A DNA stretch of 64,000 bases from Candidatus Latescibacterota bacterium. Lineage in GTDB: Bacteria > Latescibacterota > UBA2968 > UBA8231. Positions within the stretch are counted from its first letter, which is position 1, and each line of letters opens with the position of its first letter. Of the stretch, positions 39,742 through 50,119 are shown piece after piece. The DNA lies in assembly GCA_963422735.1 (NCBI GenBank), contig OY730476.1, positions 1,792,001 through 1,856,000 on the forward strand, written 5' to 3'. The position numbers and the translations under genes were made by a program. The notes under the pieces were generated by a model, which saw only the letters and a list, made by a program, of their open reading frames with translations, did not search any database and was not told the DNA's origin.

Positions 39742-42700
39742 CTAAAACGTCCGGCGAGAGGCTTCGTCAAGCAATCGGTTCTGTGTCTTCCTTATTTCCT
39801 CAATCACTAAGTCAATTTCCTCGTGGCATCGCCACGCCGGTATCCGTAGGACTGTCCAACCGAGATTGACTAGGACGCGGTCTCGTGTAATATCCTGGCG
39901 CCGTTGTCGGCCTCTGGCGTCAAGGTGCTGATCGCCGTCAACCTCGACGTTCAGCTTGATACCCTGTTCCAGCAGCGCAAAGTCCAGCTCATATCCCTCC
40001 ACGTTGGGCTTGGCGTAGGGGAAGAGGTCCCGGAGTTGCATGGCGTCGAGCAGGAGTTTTTCAGACGTGCTGTCCGTGCGGAACTCGGCCGATGGCGAAC
40101 CAGTGCCCTCATTCCGGGCGACCTCATCGCATAGATAGACCCGCAGGGAGGCCAAGGTTGGACTCCCCAAATCTCCCATGAGCGGGTGACCGAGCACGAT
40201 TAGTGCTCGACGGGCGCGGCTGACAGCCACGTTTAGGAGGTTTCTCTCTTTTTCTATCCAACGGGGGCCGCTCTTGGGCATGCCGGGTGAGAGCACGGAA
40301 GAAAGAACGAGCGCATCGCGCTCGTCTCCCTGCAAGCGGTGTGCGGTTCCGCTTACAAAATCGATGTCGTCTAGGAAGTCTTGGCCAAATTGCGTTTTGG
40401 CTATCTGATCGATGAGTCGCGCCTGCGCGGTGAACGGAGTTACCACGCCGACAGTCTTGTAACCGGATTCGATTACGCCACGAAGCTGTCTCACCGTTTC
40501 CTCTGCCTCTGCCTGGTTTAGCCAACTTCCAATGGCGGGCCGTACTGCCGAGCCGTCGACATCGCACCAGTAGATGGCACGATCGCGCTGGGATGTATCA
40601 GAGACATCCGTCAATACGGTGAGTTCACCCATGTAGAACGTCTTGTTGAACCAACGGGCGATGTGTGGATGGCAGCGGTAGTGTTCGTTGAGAAGAACAG
40701 GTGTTTGGGGTTTTGCGGCAAATGCAAACGCGGAGTAAGCCGAACCGTCTTTGTGGTGGATGCCGCGCTCGCGCAGGTCGTCGTTGTCAAACCCCGTCTG
40801 CGTGGCGATCTCCTGTAAGAGTCCATCGCTGAGGGAAACGATCGGATTGAGTTGGTGTGGATCCCCCACGACCGCTAAACGTTTTGCGCGGTAGGCCAAC
40901 GGCAGCACGGCCGCGAGGCTGCACTGGCTAGCCTCGTCAACGATCACGAGATCAAACAGTCCTGATTCCAAGGGGAAGTTGGAATGCGCTGTTAATGCCG
41001 TACATGCCCAGCCTCGTAAGTGGTGAAACGAATTGCCAATTGCTCTTCTAAAGTGGTCGCTGCTGGCGGGGATTTTGCCGAAAGCTGCTAGACGGTAACT
41101 GCCGGCGGAGATTCGCGTTGCCGTGTCCACGCAAATTGCGTAGAGACTTGCATCTGCCCATTTCTAGTCTGCTTCGCGCACACTAATCGCCGGGGCGCCC
41201 ACGGCAGATTCTAGTCGTTGACGTTCAGCTCGTCCAATTTCCAATTGGGAGGTCAGCTTTGCTATGCGCTGATCAATCCGAGCCCAAGTGACGAGTTGCT
41301 CCAATGGAGCGGTTTCAAGGCAACCGAGTCGCCGGCGGAAGCGTCGTGCGCGGAAGCGACGGAACAGCCACGCCTCCAACAACTGGCTGGTTCGTCGCTC
41401 TATTTCGTGGGAACTGATGGGCAGTTTCGGAGGACTCGCGTTAGTCCAGAGTATTTGCGCCGTCTCTTTCAAGGCTAGCCCGAGTTTCTCTCGCTCCTCT
41501 ACAAGCTGCAACAGTTTCACATCTAGTTCGTCCTGCCGCACCAGTTTCTCCATCAGTTGGGTGCGCTCAGTGGCGACCCGCTTTAACTGGGCGCGCACTG
41601 CGGCTTGGTTGCCGCGGTGTGCTGCCGCCTGAGCCGACGCCGCGGCAATGCGATCCGGGACCTGCTCGCGCACGTCGCGATTGCCGGTGCGGACTAACAA
41701 GCCGCTACTCACATCCTTTTCCGCTCGGTCGACAGCCACGTCAACCGCACCATTGTTGGTCGAAGTCACCAAGACTTTGTCGCCGTCCAGCCACGCGTTC
41801 GCAACCGCGTTGACTACGAGTTGCGTTTTGCCGGTCCCAGGTGGGCCGGTCGCGACCGTCAGAGGGTCTCTGCGGAGACGCTCGAGTGTTTCCGCCTGTG
41901 ATTGGTTGCATACAAGTGGAGCCGCAAGAGGCCCGGACGGGGGTCGCTTGTTTTCCTTCTGCGCGAAACCGTTGAAGAGAAGATGTGCCGCAGCCGTAGT
42001 TGACCAGTCTTCTCGGGTTTGTAGTTGTCGCAGTTCCTCGCGAAGGGTGCTGGTGTATCCAGACCACTCGGCCACGACCGAGATCGCGGCGTTGTAGACG
42101 CCTTGTTTGCGATCTATGTTCGGTTCGAGGATTCTAGCGTTGAGAGGCGACAGGATCTGGAGTCCGAGCAGGTCAGTCAGTCGTCCGGCGAGGGCACCAA
42201 AAGCGTCGGCATCTCCAAATGGCAAGCCTCGACTTAACAGGTCGCTGATGTCTTCAGTGATTGAAGGGTCGAAGATACCGCTTGCCGCGATGGCCAAGTT
42301 GAACTCTGGCTCCATAGTAGCGTGAAGTTTCCACTGGTTGTTGGGGCCTCGTTCCGGTTCGATCTGAACGGCAAAAAGAGGGGCAACCTTTGGTGTGTGA
42401 TCGCGGTCGGTTACGACGATAGTCGGCCAGCCGTAGATGATTGACTGTGTGCGAGACCTCAGTTTATCGGGCAGTTCTCCGGGTGCCGGCGTCGAGTCGC
42501 TTTGCCCGACCACCAGTTTCTCTTCCCCAAGGTGTAAGAACCATAGAGCGTTCTCTTTGACGTATGGGACCAGTGATTTTGCTGCTTCCGCTTCAATGCA
42601 CCGTTGTGCATAACTGCATAGTTGCTGCCAGGGAGTTTGCACACTGCTGGCAGCCGGTTTTGAGAATCTCGAACTGATGGGACTTCTGTTCGTTGCCGTA

Positions 42701-42897
42701 TTCCGCGAACCGCCCGCTGCGCTATTCGATGCGACTTGGACCGAGGAACCCTCGCTGCCTGAACAGTCAATACACCAGACCTCTTTTGACGAAGGTGACC
42801 AGTAGGCGCGCTGGCCCGCCTCTAGCCTCATTGTGCATGATCGGCAGCGTCCGGCGTACTTTAGCGAGATGAACCGTAGCTCTTTGGGGAGTTTCAT
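39742..42897 (-). pseudogene. SF1 (DNA2/UPF1-like AAA_11/AAA_12) helicase with C-terminal DUF559/Vsr-like nuclease, interrupted by an in-frame TAG at 41164-41166
   Basis: GPPGTGKT, VTSTNNGAVD, IVDEASQ, VGDPHQL, EHYRC, QGDE, NVAVSRAR, EVDGDQH, GWTVLRI. The two ORFs are in one frame, joined by *KWADASLYAIC. Confidence 0.88.
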
Positions 42898-42929
42898 CCT
42901 CGGACCTTAGAGGGTGCCATCAGCGATCC

Positions 42930-43325
42930 AGCTCACCTTCCAACCGCGGTTCTTCAAGGGATCGCGACTGACTGCGTTTGCTGCGCTATCCCGAATACGC
43001 CGGGACGATATTCGAATACGCGCCGCATTAGGAGCTGTTCCCGTTCGAGTACCTCTACTTGGACGCACTCGGCGGCGTCCGTCAGGTCAAGATGCACTTC
43101 TTCCACCTGTTTGACCGCGACACGCTCTGGTCCCAAGTACTCTATCCCTGATTGGGGCTGTTCCTTCAAGCAGCAATTCTGACGGAAGGACTCCGTGCTG
43201 CTGAATTTGATCCGCGGGCAAAATGGATTGTGGCACGATATGACCAATCGTCGCTTTGCCAATGATCTTCACGCCATATCCACCCAAGTTCAAAAACGAC
43301 GAGGAATCCGATTGTCGATGTGATA
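42930..43325 (+). pseudogene. Degraded ORF of unknown family
   Basis: The plus frame reads protein-like across stops: LRYPEYAGTIFEYAPH*ELFPFEYLYLDALGGVRQVKMHFFHLFDRDTLWSQVLYP*. Confidence 0.35.
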
Positions 43326-43451
43326 GAACAGGGCTATTATAAATGAGCTAAGCTGAATATAGGGCAAACCTTCAGCGCAAGGAACGCCCTAACCTACTAG
43401 CACCATTGGTTCACTAAACCGCATTGATTTTAAGCCAGCGAAAGCGAGAAC

Positions 43452-44612
43452 ATGAAGATCACCGATATTAAGATTACGCCCTCCCTCGGCGCGGAAAATC
43501 GCCACTGGTCCTTGCTGAAAATCTTCACGGATGAAGGCATTGTCGGCCTCGGCGAGTGGACCGCTGAGGCCCCCATCGAGCCGCTCAAACAAATGCTCGT
43601 CGGCCAAGACCCGACCAACATCAATCGGCTGCACTACGACCACCTGTGGCAGATGCAGGGCCGCGGCGCCGGCGTGGAAATCGCCCTGTGGGACATCCGG
43701 GGCAAGCAGCTAAACGCGCCCATGCACGAACTGTTGGGCGGCAAATTGCGCGACCGCATCCGGGTGTACTGCGACTGCCACTCGGGAGCGCACTGGACGC
43801 GGGAAGACTATGAACGGCGCTGGCGGGAGACGCGGGCCAGCGGGCAATTAGATCCGGTGTACGAAACCAGTGCCTATGTGTCCATGGCCCAAGAAGTGGT
43901 GGCCGAAGGGTACACAGCGATCAAGTTCGATCTCGATGTGCCCAACCCTTGGAAGCTCGACACCTACGACCGCTCCATCAGCCGCCGGCAGCACCATCAC
44001 ATCATCACCACCATCGAAAGCCTGCGCCAAGCGATCGGCCCTTATATCGACTTATCCATCGATTTGCACGGTTCCTTCAACCTAGCCGACGCTCTGCGCA
44101 TCTGCAAAGACGTGGAGCACCTCGACCTGCTTTGGTTGGAGGATCCCATCCGCTGGGAGTGGGGCAATGTCGCCGCATTGGCCAAGATCTGCCAGCAGAC
44201 CAAGACGCCGATATGCACTGGCGAAATTTTTTACGGAGCCAAGATGTTCCGCGAGTTGATGGAACAACAAGCCTGCGACCTGCTAGAGCCGGACATCCCT
44301 CGCAGCGGCGGACCCATTGAAATCCGCCGCATCGCCGAACTAGCCGAGATGTACCACATGTCGCTAGCCCCCCACTACATGCGGAGCGCGGTTGCGGGCA
44401 TGGCAGCGGTCCATATATGCGCCACCCTGCCCAATTTCCTCGCCCTAGAGCACCACTCGCGCAATATCCCGCTGTGGGGCACCATGCTCGACATCAAGAA
44501 CCCCATTCAGCAAGGCTACATCGCCGTGCCCGACGGCCCGGGCTTGGGCGTCGATCTAGACGAAGAAACCATCGCCGCTGCGCTACCTGCCGGGGTGCCG
44601 CTGTGGTCCTGA
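43452..44612 (+). CDS. Mandelate racemase/enolase-superfamily dehydratase
   Basis: IFTDEGIVGLGE, EIALWDIRGK, KFD, IDLH, WLEDP, CTGE, PGLGVDLD. Confidence 0.93.
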   Translation: MKITDIKITPSLGAENRHWSLLKIFTDEGIVGLGEWTAEAPIEPLKQMLVGQDPTNINRLHYDHLWQMQGRGAGVEIALWDIRGKQLNAPMHELLGGKLRDRIRVYCDCHSGAHWTREDYERRWRETRASGQLDPVYETSAYVSMAQEVVAEGYTAIKFDLDVPNPWKLDTYDRSISRRQHHHIITTIESLRQAIGPYIDLSIDLHGSFNLADALRICKDVEHLDLLWLEDPIRWEWGNVAALAKICQQTKTPICTGEIFYGAKMFRELMEQQACDLLEPDIPRSGGPIEIRRIAELAEMYHMSLAPHYMRSAVAGMAAVHICATLPNFLALEHHSRNIPLWGTMLDIKNPIQQGYIAVPDGPGLGVDLDEETIAAALPAGVPLWS

Positions 44613-44643
44613 GAGAAGCGTTCTCAAAACTCCTCGTGCTAGC

Positions 44644-44740
44644 TTAGTGGCCAGTGGTACATCCCCTAGGCGGTGCGGGGACTAACCCCTAACCACTGAT
44701 CACTAACCACTGATCACTGATCACTAACCCCTAACCACTG
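44644..44740. repeat. Heptamer tandem array (CTAACCA/CTGATCA/CTAACCC, about 8 units) with inverse units on the left
   Basis: ttagtggccagtggt...ctaacccctaaccactgatcactaaccactgatcactgatcactaacccctaaccactg. Confidence 0.85.
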
Positions 44741-44753
44741 CTTCTGGATTTTT

Positions 44754-46208
44754 ATGAAATTTCAAAACTACATCGACGGCCAGTGGGTTGGGGCCTCGGA
44801 TGGACAGACCTTTGCCCAGCGCAATCCAGCCGACCTAGAACGCGTAACCGGAGAATGGCCCCAAAGCCCCTGCGCCGATGCTGAGCAGGCCATTGAAGCG
44901 GCGCATGCGGCATTTCCGGCGTGGGCCGACATGGGGGCGTACCAGCGAGCGGAGTACTTGTCGCGAGCGGTCGCGGTGCTGAAGGGGCGAGCCGAAGAAA
45001 TCGCCGCAATCCTCACCGCAGAAAATGGCAAGACGCTCGACGAAGCGCGGACCGAGGTGGGGTCAGCGGTGCGCGAGATGGAGTTCCAGATCGCCCAAGG
45101 AATCTCCATGTGCGGCCAGACCGCGCCCTCGGCTCAACCTGGAGTGTTTGCCTACAGCGTTCGGCGGCCCCTTGGGGTGGCGTCGATCATCAGCCCTTGG
45201 AACTTTCCGTTCAACGTGCCGGGGCGCAAGTGTACGCCGGCGCTGATCAGCGGCAACACCATCGTCTTTAAGCCGGCGAGCCTGACGCCCGGGGCCGGGC
45301 GGGCTTTCGTCGATATTTTTGCCGAGGCTGGGCTGCCTGCGGGCGTACTGAACTTCGTCTGCGGTGGGGGGAGTACGGTCGGGGAAACCATAATCACGCA
45401 TCCGTTGGTGCAGTCGATTTCCTTCACGGGTTCGACCCAAGTAGGCAGGGGCATTCAGCAGCGCGCCGCCCAAGGGCTAATCCGCACGCAACTGGAGATG
45501 GGCGGCAAAAATCCCGCGGTCATCTTGGCAGATGCCGATCTCGACATGGCGGCAGATGCAGTCGTCAAGGCGGCCTATGCTTGCGCCGGGCAGTGGTGTA
45601 CTTCGACGAGCCGGGCAATCGCCGTGCGCGAGGTAGCCGCAGCCTTCACCAACAAGGTACTAGAGCGCGTCAAGCGAATTCGGGTGGGGAACGGGATGGC
45701 AGAGGGGGTGGATATGGGGCCGGTGTGCGGCGCGGACCAGCTCGAAACCATCGAGGGCTACATCGAGATCGGCAAAGCGGAAGGAGGCTACATCGCACAC
45801 GGAGGCGAGCGCCTGACCGCCGACGGACTAGACAAAGGGTGTTTTATTGCGCCGACGGTCTTTACCGGTGTCCAGCCGCAGATGCGCATCGCTCAGGAGG
45901 AGATATTCGGCCCAGTGTTGTGCCTGATGGTAGCAGAGGATTTCTCCGAAGCCCTAGCGATTGCCAATGGCGTGGAGTTTGGGCTGGCGTCGTCCATTTT
46001 CACGCGGGACATTGGGCGGGCCTTCCAGTTCTTGGAAAAGACCGACGTGGGGCTGACGCATGTGAACATGATGACGGCCTACCGCGAGCCCCAGCTCTCA
46101 TTCGGCGGGGTGAAGGCTTCCGGGCACGGGATCCCGGAATCGGGCGACACTGGGATCGAGTTTTTCACCGAGCACAAGGTCGCCTTTATCAATTACGGAC
46201 TTTCCTAG
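44754..46208 (+). CDS. Aldehyde dehydrogenase (KGSADH-like)
   Basis: PWNFP, FTGS, LEMGGKNP, GQWCT, EEIFGPV. The stop codon lies inside the MITE left TIR. Confidence 0.95.
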   Translation: MKFQNYIDGQWVGASDGQTFAQRNPADLERVTGEWPQSPCADAEQAIEAAHAAFPAWADMGAYQRAEYLSRAVAVLKGRAEEIAAILTAENGKTLDEARTEVGSAVREMEFQIAQGISMCGQTAPSAQPGVFAYSVRRPLGVASIISPWNFPFNVPGRKCTPALISGNTIVFKPASLTPGAGRAFVDIFAEAGLPAGVLNFVCGGGSTVGETIITHPLVQSISFTGSTQVGRGIQQRAAQGLIRTQLEMGGKNPAVILADADLDMAADAVVKAAYACAGQWCTSTSRAIAVREVAAAFTNKVLERVKRIRVGNGMAEGVDMGPVCGADQLETIEGYIEIGKAEGGYIAHGGERLTADGLDKGCFIAPTVFTGVQPQMRIAQEEIFGPVLCLMVAEDFSEALAIANGVEFGLASSIFTRDIGRAFQFLEKTDVGLTHVNMMTAYREPQLSFGGVKASGHGIPESGDTGIEFFTEHKVAFINYGLS

Positions 46209-46407
46209 TGTACGGTTGGGAATTCAGGTTTCATTTAGGCGATTTCACTCGGCTGGCCCGTAGCCCTCGTCCGGGCCAGCGCGGTCCCCCGCGTCAATGT
46301 TCCGAGGCCCGTCGCCGGGTACCCGCCGCCAAGGGGGCGGATGGGACTAACCACTAACCACTGACCCCTAACCACTGATTAAACAGTCCTTATTCTAGGA
46401 AAGTCCG
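46196..46407 (+). mobile_element. MITE copy 3 (perfect 13-bp TIR)
   Basis: cggactttcctag ... ctaggaaagtccg, between convergent genes. Confidence 0.9.
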
Positions 46408-46408
46408 A

Positions 46409-47197
46409 TCAATTATCTCCAGTAGGCTGGTAGGTCGGGAAGACGCGGGGAAAGGCGCGGCCCGTGGTCGTTTGGCGGGTAGCTGCGTCGATGTAGCAGA
46501 TGCTGAATGCGCGGCGCGGGCGGTTGGAGCGATTCGTCTCCGAGCGGTGCAAGGTCCAGTTGTGCAAAAGCACCACCTCGCCTTTTTCCATTTCCAAATA
46601 GAGCCGCTTCTCGTCCGGTGCGTGCAGCGCACGCTCTTCCACCGAGAGCTGGTCGCCCGTTTTGGGAATCATGCTGTGGTGCGAGCTTGGGATGATTTGT
46701 AGGCAACCGTTGGCAGCGCACGTATCGTCGAGCGCAGTCCACACCGTGACTTGGGGGGGAATGCTCAGATGCCAACCGCCAGCACCGTCTTGGTGCCAGT
46801 TGATCGTAACGCCCTGCTCGGCGGGCTTGTTGAAAAACATGGCGCGAAAGATCGAGACCTCCGCGCCGATGATCTTAGAGGTTAGATCGCGGAAGATCGG
46901 CTTTTGTAAATAGCCCAAAAACAGTGGATCCTGCTCCAGATCCTGAATTTTGCGGTATTTGAGCGAGGATCCCTTAAACTCCCTAGTCTGCCGCGAAAGT
47001 TCGGGCTTGCCAGCCGAAGGGCATAGCTGCATGAGCATGTCGTCGTAGCGGACTTCGCCGAGCATAATCTGATCGATGCGCCGACAGAGGGCGTCGATTT
47101 CCGCGCGGGGAGCCACGTGGCCGAGGCGCACGTAGCCCTGCTCGTGGAATCGGTCTAGTTCGGCGGCACTGAGCGCGGGGGCGTGGAGAAGGGTCAT
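46409..47197 (-). CDS. PhyH-family dioxygenase
   Basis: FHEQGYV, WHQD, NGCLQIIPSSH, LHRSETN. AAGGAG RBS. Confidence 0.92.
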   Translation of the reverse strand: MTLLHAPALSAAELDRFHEQGYVRLGHVAPRAEIDALCRRIDQIMLGEVRYDDMLMQLCPSAGKPELSRQTREFKGSSLKYRKIQDLEQDPLFLGYLQKPIFRDLTSKIIGAEVSIFRAMFFNKPAEQGVTINWHQDGAGGWHLSIPPQVTVWTALDDTCAANGCLQIIPSSHHSMIPKTGDQLSVEERALHAPDEKRLYLEMEKGEVVLLHNWTLHRSETNRSNRPRRAFSICYIDAATRQTTTGRAFPRVFPTYQPTGDN

Positions 47198-47213
47198 GGC
47201 AAACTCCTTGGTC

Positions 47214-47861
47214 TTAAGCGAGGCGAGCGAGCGCGTCTTGCCGGCTGATGCGGCGGAAGGATTGTTCAAGGACTGGACCTTGGCCATGCCAGCCCTCCTC
47301 GCGCCCGCCATCGGGCACGGAGTCGAAGACGCTTTGGCACCAAGCGGCGAGCGGAGCTACCGGGCAGCGGATGACCAAGTCGGGGTCGGCGACCGCACCT
47401 GTGGCCGAATACGCATAGCAAGTTTCGATGAGCCGCTCGGCCGCAGCTACCTGCTGCCACTGGTACTCGCGCAGGGCCGGAGGGCCGTCGGGCACGAGCA
47501 GGATGTTGACGCCGCGGTCAGTGATCGCGTTGAGCCGCTCGGCGGCATCGGTACCGACCAACACGTCTTTGTGCTCCGGCCAGATGTCGAACATCCCGTA
47601 GGCCGCCTTGGGCGCACGGGATTGGAAGGTGAAATAATCGGGGTACGCGAAGAAATCTTCGCCAGTGGCGCGGTAGGTATTGTAAAAGGCGGTTACGTGG
47701 GCCATGACCAAATTGACGGCCCCGACGCCCTCAAGGCGATTGGGCACTAAAAGCCCTAACCTTTTGGTATTGGTAAAGCCGCGAAAGTACTCTGCCAGCG
47801 CGACCGGATGGCCGCTGGCAATCATCTCAAAGTCGCTGTCGCCGAGTTTTGAACTGTGCAT
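47214..47861 (-). CDS. Hypothetical protein
   Basis: Host-like codon usage, GGAG RBS, same strand and close spacing to the PhyH gene; family not recognised. Confidence 0.75.
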   Translation of the reverse strand: MHSSKLGDSDFEMIASGHPVALAEYFRGFTNTKRLGLLVPNRLEGVGAVNLVMAHVTAFYNTYRATGEDFFAYPDYFTFQSRAPKAAYGMFDIWPEHKDVLVGTDAAERLNAITDRGVNILLVPDGPPALREYQWQQVAAAERLIETCYAYSATGAVADPDLVIRCPVAPLAAWCQSVFDSVPDGGREEGWHGQGPVLEQSFRRISRQDALARLA

Positions 47862-48020
47862 GAGTAACTCCGCCTAATCCCAAATATGTAACGCCATTCT
47901 CCGCGCCGCCACAAGCAGTTAGGTCCCCTCTCCTCAACCGAGGAGTTGCGCCCTCCGCAGAGACCAGCATGAGTCGTCGCGACAAATGTGGAAACAGACC
48001 GGGATCGGGGCGAGATCGGC

Positions 48021-48806
48021 CTACTCCAGCAGAATGCCGCCATCGATGACGATGTTTTTACCCGTCAGCGATCGGGTTCTACACAGCATTTCAAAAACAT
48101 AGAGCAGATGCAGAGGAGGGATTTCCTGCTTCCACACCTTCATTAGGTTTTTGACCCCGTCAATGGCTTCGCTTGGCGTGTTGGAAATCATCTGGCCGCT
48201 GACAATGACCGGGCTGATGGAATTGACGCGAATGCCAAATTCCTTACCTGCTTGCACCGCATAATTGCGGCTGAGACCGAGCAGGGCCGCCTTGCTGCAA
48301 ACATAGGGTGCCCCCACGTACAGCCCGCCCACCAGTGCGGCCAGCGACGCGATGTTGATGATTTGCCGATCGCCACTGCCATGCTGCATCAGGCCGACCG
48401 CTCCTTGGCTCATAAAGGCCGCGCCTTTTGCATTTACATTGAGGACGCGGTCCCAGTTGTCCTCAGTCATGTCGAGCAACTTTACCTCGCTGAGGAGCCC
48501 GGCGTTATTGATGAGCATATCGAGGCCGTCGTACTGTTCGGCTATTTCAGCGTAGAAGGATTTGATCTGGGCAACATCGCTGAGGTCAACGCGATGGGCG
48601 CTGTACTCGCCACCGTAGGACGCGACGGCCTCTACGGTGGCGTCTTGCATCACAACATCTACCAGAATGGGGATTCCGCCGCGCGAGGCGATAAAGGTCG
48701 CAAAAAATTTTCCAATCGTCCCACTGGAGCCGGTGATAATGCAGCGCCGCCCCTCGAGGTATTCTTCCATCGTCACGTACTGCTCAAGCCCCGTACTACC
48801 GTTCAT
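48021..48806 (-). CDS. SDR family oxidoreductase
   Basis: TGSSGTIG, INNAG, YVCSK. Confidence 0.9.
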   Translation of the reverse strand: MNGSTGLEQYVTMEEYLEGRRCIITGSSGTIGKFFATFIASRGGIPILVDVVMQDATVEAVASYGGEYSAHRVDLSDVAQIKSFYAEIAEQYDGLDMLINNAGLLSEVKLLDMTEDNWDRVLNVNAKGAAFMSQGAVGLMQHGSGDRQIINIASLAALVGGLYVGAPYVCSKAALLGLSRNYAVQAGKEFGIRVNSISPVIVSGQMISNTPSEAIDGVKNLMKVWKQEIPPLHLLYVFEMLCRTRSLTGKNIVIDGGILLE

Positions 48807-49010
48807 AAGCTGTATCTCCTAGCATTCATTAATCATTAAGATGCGAGTAATTAATGTGCAGGCATTAAAAGGCCCTTTCAGACGCTAGTCAAGGAGCGGC
48901 CTCGTTGGAACCCAGCAGCAACAGATGGCACCCGCCTTCCTTGACTAGGCCGCGAAAAATCTCTTTATCCATAGCGCGAACCACGCACCAACTAAAAAGG
49001 AGCCAATCCA

Positions 49011-50087
49011 TTGACTGAATCTACCCGCCAAAGCATCCGGCCGGATGACCTGAAGAACTTTTGCACCGCCGCCATGGTCCAAGCCGGCCTCAGCGCAGAA
49101 GACGCCGAATTAAGTGCCCACGTCTTCGTCACCACCGACACTTGGGGCACCTTTACGCACGGCACCCGACAGATCCGCGGCTTGATGCAGAATGCGCGGC
49201 GTGGCCGTCTGGTTGCGACCGCGAAAGAGAAAATCGTCGCTGAGGGGCCCTCTTGGGCCATTATCGACGCCTGCGACGGCATGCCGCCCGCCATCTCCTG
49301 CCGCGCCGTTGAGTTGGCCGTTGCCAAAGCCCGCCAAAGCGGCATGTGCTACATCGGCATCCGGGGCAGCAGTCATTACGGCGCCGCCGGGTTTTACGCC
49401 AACGCGATTGCCGAAAACGACATGATCGGCCTTTCCATGTGCAATGTGGAACCCTGCATGACCGTGCCAGGCGGCAAGAGTAGAATTCTGGGGACCAACC
49501 CGATCGCCTACGCTGCACCGACCGGCACCGACCGCACCGTCATGCTCGACATTGCCACCAGCGCGGTTGCGGCTACCAAAATATTCGCAGCCAAAAACGA
49601 AGGGCGCAGCATTCCCGACACTTGGCTGGTGGACGAAGACGGCATTCCAACGACCGATCCCACCGAGTTTCCAGAAAAAGGGGCGCAGTTGCCCATGGCC
49701 GGACACAAAGGGTACGGGTTGGCCGTGCTGGTAGAGTTGCTGACGGCAACCCTTAGTGGGGCGGCGATGATGAGCGGCGTCCACAGTTGGGTGGCGGACA
49801 CGGACGATCCCTCAAATCAGGGTCATGCCTTTATCGCCATTGACGTCGGCGCGATGATGCCGCTGGAGGAATTCCACACCCGCATGGATGTCATGTGCAA
49901 AGAGATCAAGGGCGCTTCCACAGCCAAAGGCGGGACCATCTTCCTGCCGGGCGAGATCGAGTGGAACAAGCGGGAGCAAGCGCTAGCCGAGGGTATTGTC
50001 ATGCCCGAGGATGTCTTGATCAGCCTGCGAGGACTGGCTGAAGATAGTGGCCTCGATCCTGCGGCTTTCAATTTGGACTTGGGCTGA
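49011..50087 (+). CDS. Ldh_2 (malate/L-lactate/ureidoglycolate dehydrogenase) family
   Basis: GTFTHG, SHYGAAG, LGTNPIA, LDIATS, GHKGYGL. Confidence 0.93.
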   Translation: MTESTRQSIRPDDLKNFCTAAMVQAGLSAEDAELSAHVFVTTDTWGTFTHGTRQIRGLMQNARRGRLVATAKEKIVAEGPSWAIIDACDGMPPAISCRAVELAVAKARQSGMCYIGIRGSSHYGAAGFYANAIAENDMIGLSMCNVEPCMTVPGGKSRILGTNPIAYAAPTGTDRTVMLDIATSAVAATKIFAAKNEGRSIPDTWLVDEDGIPTTDPTEFPEKGAQLPMAGHKGYGLAVLVELLTATLSGAAMMSGVHSWVADTDDPSNQGHAFIAIDVGAMMPLEEFHTRMDVMCKEIKGASTAKGGTIFLPGEIEWNKREQALAEGIVMPEDVLISLRGLAEDSGLDPAAFNLDLG

Positions 50088-50119
50088 GAAGCCACCGGCA
50101 AACCCCGCGCCGAAGGGCA

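Noticed and set aside
41164-41166. Pyrrolysine or genetic-code reassignment of TAG
   Set aside because: TAG terminates many intact genes here (metG, ilvD, pdxS, pdxT) and no pyl genes are visible; a nonsense mutation is simpler.
39610-43450. Intact integrative element or prophage at ssrA
   Set aside because: No integrase, phage genes or duplicated ssrA 3' end found within the window.
44680-44740. CRISPR array
   Set aside because: 7-bp tandem units without spacers; no cas genes in the window.
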